Positions 55,344 to 64,000 of a DNA stretch of 64,000 nucleotides are shown here, in pieces; position 1 is the stretch's first letter; the number at the start of each line of letters is the position of its first letter. Made by a program: the position numbers and the translations under genes. The notes below the pieces were generated by a model, which saw only the letters and a list, made by a program, of their open reading frames with translations, was not told where the DNA came from and did no database searches. Source of the stretch: Octopus vulgaris (lineage: Eukaryota); the NCBI GenBank assembly GCA_951406725.2, contig OX597815.1, positions 22,816,001 to 22,880,000 of the forward strand, in the 5' to 3' direction.

Positions 55344-55684
55344 GTGTGTGTGTATATATGTGTGTGCATCCAAACTTATAAAACTAATAAATTGAAAAGA
55401 AAAACATTATTTTGAAATATGTATGCTTGTGATTTTGAGTACGGGGTGGTTTATTTATCTGCATGTGTACTTGTCGCGTGTTAGTATATAATACACATGA
55501 AGTAAAAGAGAAAGGTTCTTCTTCTCACCGATGTATAATAAACACACCAAATCGACAGAAATATGTAACTAAAACTATTATAGCCGTTGCTATTATTCTT
55601 CTTATTGTTGTTGAACTTGAAAAAAAATAGCTTACCTTCCCCATCACCAATGTGAACTCTGGCTGATGATGAAATGCGTGGCAT
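1983..55684 (-). CDS. ATP8B: P4-ATPase phospholipid flippase, ATP8B-like; spliced 5' part of the gene, 3' part lies beyond the window start
   Basis: Phase-compatible GT-AG exons splice to [74 protein letters not shown]-[33 aa exon 4A or 4B][12 protein letters not shown]...[53 protein letters not shown]... Contains the P4-ATPase motifs N.I.TSKY..FLP.NLFEQF.R.AN.YF and DGETNLK; [10 protein letters not shown] and ENNQFVAAD are ATP8B-like. Confidence 0.93.
2423..2480 (-). pseudogene. Decayed partial duplicate of exon 7 ([18 protein letters not shown])
   Basis: CAAGCTGTAATTGAGACTGCTGGGTATGATACAGAACAATTGTCCAAACTGAATG aligns to exon 7 CAAGCTCTTATTGAGACTGCTGAAATGGGTGATGATCTAGAGCAGTTGTCCAAATTGAATG with a net 6-nt deletion; the donor GT is now CT and ETNLK is missing. 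Confidence 0.75.
2849..3074 (+). mobile_element. tRNA-derived SINE family A. Other copies: ~2623-2831(+), 17437-17605(+), 30147-30360(+), 33744-33970(-), 34801-34950(+), 44640-45050(-, tandem pair), 45945-46172(-), 46530-46761(-), 49430-49650(-)
   Basis: GGCGGTGAGCTGGCAGAA head, B-box-like GTTCAAATTCC, core GCCTTTCATCCTTTCGGGGTCGATAAA, tail GTGGGTAGTAAAGAAATA; several copies have 12-16 bp target-site duplications. Confidence 0.9.
3635..4719 (+). mobile_element. Non-autonomous piggyBac-derived DNA transposon, copy 1 (~1.09 kb)
   Basis: TTAA on both sides (3631-3634, 4720-4723), TIR CCCTTTCGTTAC...GTAACGAAAGGG; internal acidic ORF resembling a truncated piggyBac transposase N-terminus. Confidence 0.92.
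6324..6394 (-). CDS. ATP8B: Exon 6, [24 protein letters not shown]
   Basis: ttctttgaacag| acceptor, 71 nt, GG|gtgagt donor (phase 2); conserved ADL.LLS.SEP...CYIETA.LDG. Confidence 0.96.
9532..9666 (-). CDS. ATP8B: Exon 5, [45 protein letters not shown]
   Basis: tttttctttag| acceptor, 135 nt, |gtaagc donor; actuator-domain W..V.VGDI motif. Confidence 0.96.
12050..12500 (+). mobile_element. Old RTE-LINE fragment (RT C-terminal region)
   Basis: [27 protein letters not shown] is homologous to ~43380-43500 of the large LINE; later GKPRKHW-like motif; heavily decayed. Confidence 0.65.
14916..15014 (-). CDS. ATP8B: Exon 4[34 protein letters not shown] (TM1-2 loop + TM2, alternative copy B)
   Basis: ttttgcttgccag| acceptor, 99 nt open, phase 0-0, GTT|gtaagt donor; visible at the start of the supplied ORF 14220..15032. 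Confidence 0.92.
15333..15547. mobile_element. piggyBac-type MITE (215 bp) with ends like the 1.09-kb element
   Basis: TTAA|CCCTTTCGTTAC ... GTATCAAAAGGG|TTAA. Confidence 0.8.
15738..15956. mobile_element. Second piggyBac-type MITE family (219 bp)
   Basis: TTAA|CCCTTTAGTATTT ... GAACACTAAAGGG|TTAA. Confidence 0.8.
19002..19100 (-). CDS. ATP8B: Exon 4[34 protein letters not shown] (TM1-2 loop + TM2, alternative copy A)
   Basis: ttttgtcataaaag| acceptor, 99 nt open, phase 0-0, ATA|gtaagt donor; homologous to P4-ATPase TM2. Confidence 0.88.
20451..20690 (+). mobile_element. tRNA-derived SINE, further family
   Basis: GGAGGCGTGTGGTTTAGTGG A-box, GGTTTCGATTCC B-box, GTGTTCTTGAGCAAAACACTT core, TTTTA-repeat tail. 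Confidence 0.75.
22078..22191 (-). CDS. ATP8B: Exon 3, [38 protein letters not shown] (TM1)
   Basis: aatttcag| acceptor, 114 nt, phase 0-0, CAG|gtatgt donor; P4-ATPase N-terminal signature. Confidence 0.96.
25020..25368. repeat. Foldback inverted repeat (~350 bp)
   Basis: Perfect 23-bp TACTTTTGTTTTAAAGTGAAAGA / TCTTTCACTTTAAAACAAAAGTA ends, with further imperfect complementarity inside. Confidence 0.8.
26510..26838. repeat. Compound purine minisatellite (AAGAAAGATAGG(AG)n), about 12 units
   Basis: Directly visible; source of the spurious Leu/Ser ORFs at 26197-26909. Confidence 0.95.
28020..28437. repeat. Low-complexity minisatellite of CTATATTC / CATT / CCATATT modules
   Basis: Directly visible modular tandem array of ~420 bp. 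Confidence 0.95.
28855..28913 (-). CDS. ATP8B: Exon 2, (E)[19 protein letters not shown]
   Basis: Poly-T tract and tatag| acceptor, 59 nt, |gtaagt donor; matches the ER...N..EYN..F.YA motif of ATP8B N-termini. Confidence 0.92.
29198..29712. mobile_element. Tc1/mariner-superfamily MITE (515 bp)
   Basis: TA|CCGTAAATCCTTGAGTATAATCCGC ... GCGGACTATACTTGTGGATTTACGG|TA: ~25-bp imperfect TIR, TA target duplication, no ORF. Confidence 0.82.
29790..30110 (-). mobile_element. Older fragment of a restriction-like-endonuclease non-LTR element
   Basis: IEKYQDL...[18 protein letters not shown]...[10 protein letters not shown] across shifted frames; same motif series as 48140-48630. Confidence 0.6.
30364..31156 (+). 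mobile_element. Helentron-associated (HINE/DINE-like) non-autonomous element
   Basis: 5' TTATTACCTCCACCAAGG..GGAGGTTATGTTTTC plus a GTCC/GTTT microsatellite; 3' sub-terminal inverted repeat TTTGGAGGAGGT, then a decayed hairpin and CTAGTT; internal TGG/TGA-rich tract. Confidence 0.6.
32482..33567 (-). mobile_element. Non-autonomous piggyBac-derived DNA transposon, copy 2 (inverted)
   Basis: TTAA flanks, same TIRs, near-identical reverse complement of copy 1; 145-aa ORF 32851-33288 (ALDYFYLLF...[10 protein letters not shown]...[10 protein letters not shown]). Confidence 0.92.
37685..37955 (-). mobile_element. tRNA-derived SINE related to 20451-20690
   Basis: Minus strand GTTAGAGCAGCGGACTCGCAGTCGAGGGATCGTGGGTTCGAATCTC head; shares GAAAC(C/T)GGGAAACCGG...ATGAGC 3' region. 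Confidence 0.75.
39637..39870 (+). mobile_element. Possible Helitron/Helentron-like element 5' region
   Basis: Starts TCTATTATATAAAA followed by CTGT repeats and AAATTTGATATGTAGA; CpG-richer than the flanks; 3' end not identified. Confidence 0.4.
40700..44200 (+). mobile_element. Decayed RTE-like non-LTR retrotransposon (AP endonuclease, RT, 3' UTR, (GAT)n tail)
   Basis: Endonuclease motifs ([36 protein letters not shown]), RT motifs ([38 protein letters not shown]); many stops and frameshifts; runs into a repeat-rich 3' UTR ending TTAAACGACGATGATGATG. Confidence 0.9.
42035..42150. repeat. Small foldback insertion inside the RTE LINE
   Basis: ACATTATTTACATCTGACAGATATTTG ... CAAATATCCATCAAATGTAAATAATGT inverted arms; flanked by duplicated CCACTA(T/C)GAAAG. 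Confidence 0.6.
48140..48630 (-). mobile_element. 3' end of a restriction-like-endonuclease (R4/NeSL-type) non-LTR element
   Basis: [65 protein letters not shown], then a UTR and ATT/ATC-repeat tail. Confidence 0.75.
49735..50082 (-). mobile_element. 3' end of a different RTE-like LINE with short-repeat tail
   Basis: [12 protein letters not shown]...[21 protein letters not shown], then an AGTACAAGTACAAGTAAGTA tail. Confidence 0.8.
50575..51658 (+). mobile_element. Non-autonomous piggyBac-derived DNA transposon, copy 3 (more diverged)
   Basis: TTAA flanks, TIR CCCTTTCTTTAC...GTAACGAAAGGG, ORF 50854-51246 homologous to copies 1 and 2. Confidence 0.92.
54630..55370. repeat. Microsatellite cluster (TATG)n/(TA)n/(CA)n
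   Basis: Directly visible; includes a duplicated CACTCAT(T/A)CAAACTGTGTTTATATA unit. Confidence 0.9.
55636..55684 (-). CDS. ATP8B: Putative first coding exon ([16 protein letters not shown] + G)
   Basis: ATG at 55684, 16 codons plus 1 nt, then GAAG|gtaagc donor. The phase-1 end supplies the G that completes GAA with the AA starting exon 2. No motif-level homology, so the link rests on phase and donor strength. Confidence 0.65.
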
Positions 55685-56060
55685 ATTTCCACTGAGATCA
55701 AAATAATTAGTCTACCAGGTAACAACATGTGAAGTGAATACAAAAGCCGTACACAAAGAACTCGAAGTTAGCAGCATGCAACTGTAGGTAAATTTCTCAA
55801 AATTACAAGGTGCTGCCCCAAACTCACCATCATCCCTGTCAGTGACACCAACAACAATGATAGGAACAAGAGTGCCACATCAGCAGTAGGTGTTCTCTAA
55901 ACAGGTGTTCTTCAAACTGCTTGCCAGTTGTAGACTGGAGATGAAGAAATGAGTTACCTTAACAACGCAGACAATGCTGACCAAACACCTCACTTGTTGC
56001 TGCTTACAACACTTAAGCAGCAGCGAGAAAAACTTGACTGACAATTAGTCACAAAGAAAA
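55685..56060 (-). other. Candidate 5' UTR / upstream exon region of the flippase gene
   Basis: Unique, less AT-rich sequence; acceptor-like ctaattattttgatctcag| 7 nt before the ATG and donor-like AAG|gtaact at 55958. Splicing not demonstrable from sequence alone. Confidence 0.3.
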
Positions 56061-58559
56061 AAAAAAAAATTATGTATGTACTTTCATCAATATATCAGCA
56101 GAAAGGTGAGGCTTTTACTTTGTTCAGGCTGATGGGTAAGTGAAGCAGTCATCAAGACATGGGCTGATCTTTGAAATTATTTGGAGTTTGTTATCAAATG
56201 TATATGTATATGAGTGTCTGTGTGTTACGCTTCCCATCTTGGAGTTTGTTATTAAATGTGTATGTATATGAGTGTCTGTGTGTTACGCTCCCCATCTTGT
56301 AATGCTGAATCTACACACATACACTTGTATTTACATAAATGCACAGGACAAAGAGAAGACCAAGCTCTACAAGCAGCTGATAAAAGGGTCAGATTAATGA
56401 AATGGTGGATAATACAAGTAAATCTACAAATACGGAGAAAGGGCTGCATGAGATAGCTGATGAGATGCTAAAAGCCACTGGATGGGAGTTGGGCTAACAC
56501 TCATTACACATCTAACCAATAAAACAAATCAACTAGAAAACCAGCAAACAAAATTAAAGGAAATGCATAGAACAAAGGGACATTAGCACTAATGTATTAA
56601 GTAATGAAGGTAGTAGAGAGAGTTACAGCAAAACTAATACAGAGTTGAGACAAAGAGAATGTAGTTCGAGTTTGTTCAAGGATGGGTAACCATAGTTTTT
56701 TTTTCAGATAAGCCACCTGTAATGACAGTGCTTGATAAAGTACAAATATATACAATTTTTGAATAAAAAAGTAGTTACATAAACAAAGGTTTAACTAATA
56801 TATATATTGATAATGTGTTCAATGATGCAAAATGCAACCAATCCCAGAAGTTAGCTCACAACAGAGTAAGTGATTATGGTTACATACAGTACTGCAAAAT
56901 AAAGTATTGTAAAAATTTAACATTATTTTGGACATATCTATGATCAAAGAAAAGCTCTGGAGAATTATTAGAAAAAAAATAGTGAAAGTAATGAATTGAT
57001 ATAATTTTCAGCAGAAAAGAAAACAAAGAAACCATTTACACAAATACAAACAAACACAATGAGAGAAGATAAAAGAGATGATATGGGTACATCAATGTAT
57101 TTACAAGCACAGAAATGTGTCTAATTTAAACAAACCCAAACTTTACTAATACCTATATCAGAAATATATCTGATATAATAAAGAACACTGAAAGTTGTTA
57201 GAGATTCTCTTTTATCTCTTTTACTTGTTTCAGTCATTTGCCTGCGGCCATGCTGGAACACCGCCTTAGTCGAGCAAATCGACCCCGGGACTTATTCTTT
57301 GTAAGCCTAGTACTTATTCTATCGGTCTCTTTTGCCAAACCGCTAAGTGACGGGGACGTAAACACACCAGCATCGGTTGTCAAGCAATGCTAGGGGGACA
57401 AACACAGACACACAAACACACACACATACACATATATATATATATATATATGACAGGCTTCTTTCAGTTTCCGTCTACCAAATCCACTCCCAAGGCATTG
57501 GTCGGCCCGGGGCTATAGCAGAAGACACTTGCCCGAGGTGCCACGCAGTGGGACTGAACCCGGAACCATGTGGTTGGTTAGCAAGCTACTTACCACACAG
57601 CCACTCCGCTATTCTTTATAAAAAAGATATATTTATTTTTCTTGTAAACAAAAAGAAAATGTCATTACTATGAACAACAAATACAGCCCACCAGATTTAT
57701 GAAAACCAATCCTTCAAGTTGTTTACCACAGTTGAACTCACAGACAGGAAACCTGAAATCTGAAATTGCCTAAGGGATGGAACAAGTGAAATATTGAATG
57801 TTCACACATTCACATTAGTAACCTAGATTAAACGAAATGTTTCAAACTCGGAAAAGAAATAAGGTTAACAACAGCTTGAAGGGAACAAACACAAACTTTA
57901 TGGTGCTTTCTTAAAAGGAGACGAGCTTCAATAGATATGAGTGTATGGAGTAATACACAGAAGTGCTGTCATGACAAATCAACTATGCAAGAGTTTTAAG
58001 ATGTAGATGGCAGGATCATTCAGAAAAATAATTTCATGAAATCCATGCGTAGTGATTAATCAGATGTTGATTCAGCCGTAGCCAGCGCCGCCCGACTGGC
58101 CTCTGTGCCGATGGCACGTAAAAAGCACCATCTGACCGTGGCCGTTGCCAGCTTCGTCTGGTCCCCGTGCCGGTGACACGTAAAAAGCACCATCCAATCG
58201 TGGCCATCTGCCAGCCCCGTCTGGCACCTGTGCCGGTGGCACGTAAAAAGCACCCACTACACTCACGGAGTGGTTGGCGTTAGGAAGGGCATCCAGCTGT
58301 AGAAACACTGCCAGATCAGACTGGGCCTGGTGCAGCCTTCTGGCTTCCCAGACCCCAGTTGAACCGTCCAACCCATGCCAGCATGGAAAGCAGACGTTAA
58401 ATGATGATGATGATGATGATTTGCTGTCAAATACTTTATTTTTACTGGTTTTAGCCAGAGTCTGTGGCCATGCAGAAGCACTACCTTGAGTATGATTGGT
58501 TTTTATTTCACAACCGCTTATTGACCTTCTCTTCATAAGCATCTCTGGTGAAGCAGTTG

Positions 58560-59380
58560 TTAGACAGAGCTGCTCTTTATGCTTCCTGCTATGATGTGAG
58601 TTCATCTGGTAACTCAGGTAAAAAATTCGTCCTAATGTTCTTTGAAGACATCCACATCACCAATTTCTGAGGCTGTTTAACAAAATGTTGAAAAGCTGTG
58701 GGCCCTTGAAACCCAGGCTGTTACAGTACTCTGTACTTACTCTAGATGGAGAGGATGGGATGTTTAGTACTATGCAGTGGCATCCAGTTTCAATCCCAAA
58801 GTTGGGGGCTAGACCTTCCAGGATCTTTCATATATATATCACTACCTGGAGTATGCAGGCAATACTACCCTATTCAGCAACTCGATTGACCTGCTCAGGG
58901 ACACACTGACCATATACTCAGAGGAATCAGCAAAGATTGGCCCTCAGGTTTGTTGGGCAAAGACCAAGCTGATGCATATCAGTGATGGCCCAGACTCTCT
59001 CCCCCTATCCATATTGGCTCCAACAATCATGAAGTTTGTCAGCTCTTTCATCTACCTGGGCTCCACAGTCATCAATAATGGAGATCTGGCCTCAGAGATC
59101 CAAGGTAAATGTTGTCTAGCTGCTGGTGTTATGTACCCCTTTTGGGAGCTCCTTTGGCACCACTGCTTTATCACCTGGAAAACAAAGCTCCACATATACA
59201 ATGCATTGGTCTTCTCTGATCCCTTTTATGGAGCAGAAACACGGCCCCTCACAACGATTATGGCAAAGAGGATCAACAGCTTTAAGAGTCCTGAGAACCA
59301 TCGAGAACATCAAATGGTACAATCATATTTCCAATGAAGAAATGTATGTGCACAAGCATCAGTCCACAGTCTCCCACCAT
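58560..59380 (+). mobile_element. Decayed LINE RT fragment
   Basis: VSSFIYLGSTVINNGDLASEIQ...KTKLHIYNALVFS..FYGAET...LRTIENIKW; frameshifted. Confidence 0.7.
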
Positions 59381-62374
59381 TTAATTATCTCAATTTTTTT
59401 ATCTTTAAAAAATTATATATGTATATATGTGTGTGCGCGCGCGCATGTGTGTGTGTGTGTGTGTGTATATAGAGAGAGAGAGAAAGAGAGAGACAGAGAG
59501 AGAGAGAGACAGAGAGAGACAGGCATGGCAGGTACAGGTGTGGTTGTGTGGTAAGAAGTTTCCTTCCTAAGCACATCAGCCACAAGAGGTGGTGATGGTG
59601 GTGGTGGTAATCTTTCTCACATAAGTATAACTTTCACTAAACTAACATTGAAAATATTTTTAAGGGATTATAGGTACAGACATGATTATGTAGTAAGAAG
59701 TTTGCTTGCCAACCATGTAGTCTCGGGTTCATTCCAACAGTGTGGTACCTTGGTCAAGTGCCTTCTACTACAGCTCCAGGCTGACCAAAGCCTTGTAAGT
59801 GGATTTGGAAGACAGAAACTGAAAGAAGCCCATCATATATACATGTGTGTGTGTGTGTGTGTGCATGTGTTACTGCCTGTCTCCTTGCTTTGGCATCATA
59901 TGATAGTTGTAAGCATGTGTCACTGTTATGCAAGTGGCATCCTTTGTTCCTAACCTTCTGTGTCATGTCTGGTCATGGAGAAATATTACCATACTTGGAA
60001 ACAGGTGAGGGTTGACAGCAGGAGGGGTATCTGGCTATAGAAAATCTGCCTTGACAAATTCTATTTGATCCATGTGCACATGGGAAGGTGGATGTTAAAG
60101 TGGTAATGATGATGATAAGCAAATTGCAAAATTTCATCTTTAAAAAAAAAGTTCCATTATTTATTCTTTTACTTGTTTCAGTCATTTTGACTGTGGCCAG
60201 GCTGGAGCACTGCCTTTAGTCGAGCAAATTGACCCCAGGATTTATTCTTTGTAAGCCTAGTACTTATTCTATCGGTCTCTTTTGCAGAACCACTAAATAC
60301 GGGGATGTAAACACACCAACATCGTCAAGCGATGTTGGGAGGACAAACACAGACACACAAACATATACACACACAAACACACACACACAAACACACACAC
60401 ACATTATATATATATATATATATATATACGACGAGCTTCTTTCAGTTTCCGTCTACCAAATCCACTCACAAGGCTTTGGTCGGCCCGAAGCTATAGTAGA
60501 AGACACTTGCCCAAGGTGCCACGCAGTGGGACTGAACCCAAAACCATGTGGTTGGTAAGCCAGCTACTTACCACACAGCCACTCCTACACCTATTTAAAA
60601 ACATTCTTCATCAAATGGTTGCCAAATGACAGTGTAGCTTATTTTGAGTGAAACAAACTTATAAATAGAAAGAATTATCTACATCTTATATTCTAATTTC
60701 CTATCATGTCCCTTTAATGAGGGCAAAAACCAACAACTTTGGTGAATATTTGAAAATAATGTACACACGCAAAATAGTTAAGAGAACATATTTCTTATGA
60801 AGCTTCAACAGAATCGGATTTCATAGAAACTCATTAAAAACTCATTTTTGTTGTTTACTCTTTTACTCTTTTACTTGTTTCAGTCATTTGACTGCAGCTA
60901 TGCTGGAGCACCACCTTTAGTCAAGCAAATCGACCCGTGGCTATAGCAGAAGACACTTGCCCAAGATGCCACACAGTGGGACTGAACCCGGAACCATGTG
61001 GTTGGTAAGCAAGCTACTTACCACACAGCCACTCCTGCACCTTTATGTAGATTTTTCGTATTAATAATCAGGATTATCATCATAGACTTGTGAAAAGCGA
61101 TAATTATTCATTTATCGATGAATGTGTTGAAAATAACTGTGTATCGCCTAATCTACTCTTTATATTACCTTTCACACATTACACAAGAACCATGGCCGAT
61201 TTGATTTGGTTCTTTTTAAATGAGAAAGAATTCTGAAGAATTTCCTAAAATTAGTCTGCCACATGATTTAACACCATCAGGGACTTTTTTTTTTTTTTAA
61301 GTAAAACCTATTCATGGTTCAGCAACAGCAATTTACCTCACAAGAAAACACCTCAAATATTGTATTACATTTGAACAGGCAGCAACCCCTGTAGGAAACT
61401 GTGAAACTTCCTGACTATACAGAAATACAACCCCATGTATTTATTAATGGTGAAAGTTGTCTGTGTAGTGCTCGATAGAAAGTGGTATAGATCTATTTAA
61501 GCCAACATGATATATATATATATCATCATCGTTTAACGTCCGCTTTCCATGCTAGCATGGGTTGAACAGTTCAACTGGGGTCTGGGAAGCCAGGAGGCTG
61601 CACCAGGCGCAGTCTGATCTGGCAGTGTTTCTACAGTTGGATGCCCTTCCTAACGCCAACCACTCCGTGAGTGTAGTGGGTGCTTTTTACGTGCAACCGG
61701 CACGGTGCCAGGTGAGGCTGGCAACGGCCTCAAATATTGTATTTCATTTGAACAGGCAGCAACCCCTGTAGGAAATTGTGAAACTTCCTGACTATACAGA
61801 AATACGACCCCATGTATTTATTTATGGTGAAAATTATTTGTGTAGTGAGATATCAGTATTATCCAAAATAATACTGGTATCTCACTACTTAACGAATAAA
61901 CCTTAACTAACTCCACAAATAATAATCATTTACTGTACTGCTTGATAGAAAGTTGTATAGATCTATTTAAGCCAACATGATATATATATATATATATATG
62001 TGTATATATATATGTATGTGTATATATATATCTTTTCCTTATCTCAGTCATTATGGCCATGCTGGGGCACCACATTGAAGAACTATTAGTCAACTGAATT
62101 GAGCCCAATACTTTTTTGTTAAGCCTGGTACTTATTCTATTGGTCTCTTTTCTTAAACTGCTAGGTTACAGGGATGTAAACACACCAATATCAATTGTCA
62201 AGCAGTGATGGGAGGGGACAAACATAGATACAAAGATACACATATAAATATATATATATATACATATATGACTGGCTTCTTTCAGTTTTCATCTACCAAA
62301 TTCACTCACATGACTTTTGGTCAGCCATGTGTTTAGGAAGGAAACTTCTTACCACACAACCACACCTGCCATGC

Positions 62375-62915
<541 letters not shown>

Positions 62916-64000
62916 AAAACCCAGTTTATCCAATTACCTTGCAGTAAAATATCAAGTATAATATTCAATACTTTTTGTAATAGGTAATAAACCAGTATAT
63001 TCATTGGATTTTTGTTATTCCTTAATGAGGTTTTTAACCTTTAATTGAACTTATATATATTTAATCATACACACACATATATTTGTTATGAAGTTAAGGT
63101 GTGGCACTGTTGTCAACACATATATATGGTTATATATAAACATCATTGCAACAGCCACTGAGTTGTGCATATAAACAGTTTCTGTGGTCCACTGATAATA
63201 GGTTCTACTACTTCAAAACTGAGTAGTAGGCAGTAGGAAAAGTATCCTACTGTAAGTTCAACAGCTCCATCAAAATATACTACATTATTTTAAGTTCAAA
63301 GTAAACCTCTTTAACAGTAGCTATATAATAGACAATTCTGAGCTTTGTATTTTGTATTTTGCTAAGAGCATGATTCAACTGATGGAAACAAAAAAGAGAG
63401 GTTGGCCTTTCATCAAATTGCATTCAACTATTTCACTTTGACCCCCGAACTGTTAAATCTAAATTCTATTTTCATACAACCAACTTGAGGCAAATGAATT
63501 CTAAGGACAAAGGCTGTGAATGTTTAAATTCCTCCACCATTGTACACAACTATGAGTTGCTCACTTTCACAAAGAAGAATGATGTAATGAGGTGCTGGGA
63601 AGTTCAAACATAATAACATTTCACCTATGCTCTTGAACAAAACACTGCTTTTCCCCTTTTCCAAGCTGACAATATCCACATCTACTTCTTGACTATTGAT
63701 TAGCAGTAGGAACAACTTTCAGGTACTAAAGGTCCCTCTACATATATCTAACCTTCTACAAATAGCACCCAAATCACACCCAACCATTCTAAATAAGGAA
63801 AGAACACATTAGATAACATAGTCCTTTGATCATATATCTGCTTTAATTAAAGTTAACTCGGAGTTAAACAATAATAATTTTGAGGTATAAAAACTACTTC
63901 TGCAAAAATACACAAAAATTCTATCTTACCAGAGCAATCCCACCCATGCTAGCAGGGGAAAAAAAATGAATATAGGCATTTTAAAGAAACTCCAACTACC

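Noticed and set aside
56181-56300. ~58-bp tandem duplication upstream of the first coding exon
   Set aside because: Real but ordinary; no evidence for a regulatory role.

Overview
Eukaryotic, AT-rich, repeat-dense genomic DNA. The SINE/LINE repertoire suggests an octopod cephalopod (Octopus-like); this is inferred from repeat families, not proven. Most of the window is the 5' part of one large minus-strand, intron-rich gene for a P4-ATPase phospholipid flippase of the ATP8B type. Eight GT-AG coding exons were read by hand between 55684 and 1983; their phases match and they build the N-terminus, TM1, TM2 and the actuator domain with the DGETNLK motif. The gene continues beyond the left edge. 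The main discovery is two homologous 99-nt exons (19002-19100 and 14916-15014). Each encodes the TM1-TM2 exoplasmic loop plus TM2, a lipid-selecting region, so they look like a mutually exclusive exon pair. A decayed copy of the ETNLK exon also lies nearby. The introns hold three near-identical piggyBac-derived elements (one inverted), piggyBac and Tc1/mariner-type MITEs, Helentron-like elements, a decayed Gypsy element, a decayed RTE LINE with a PHD-like finger, many SINEs, satellites, and long palindromes with hammerhead-ribozyme-like cores. Nearly all ORFs in the supplied track are spurious or repeat-derived. Repeat boundaries are approximate unless TIR/TSD positions are stated.
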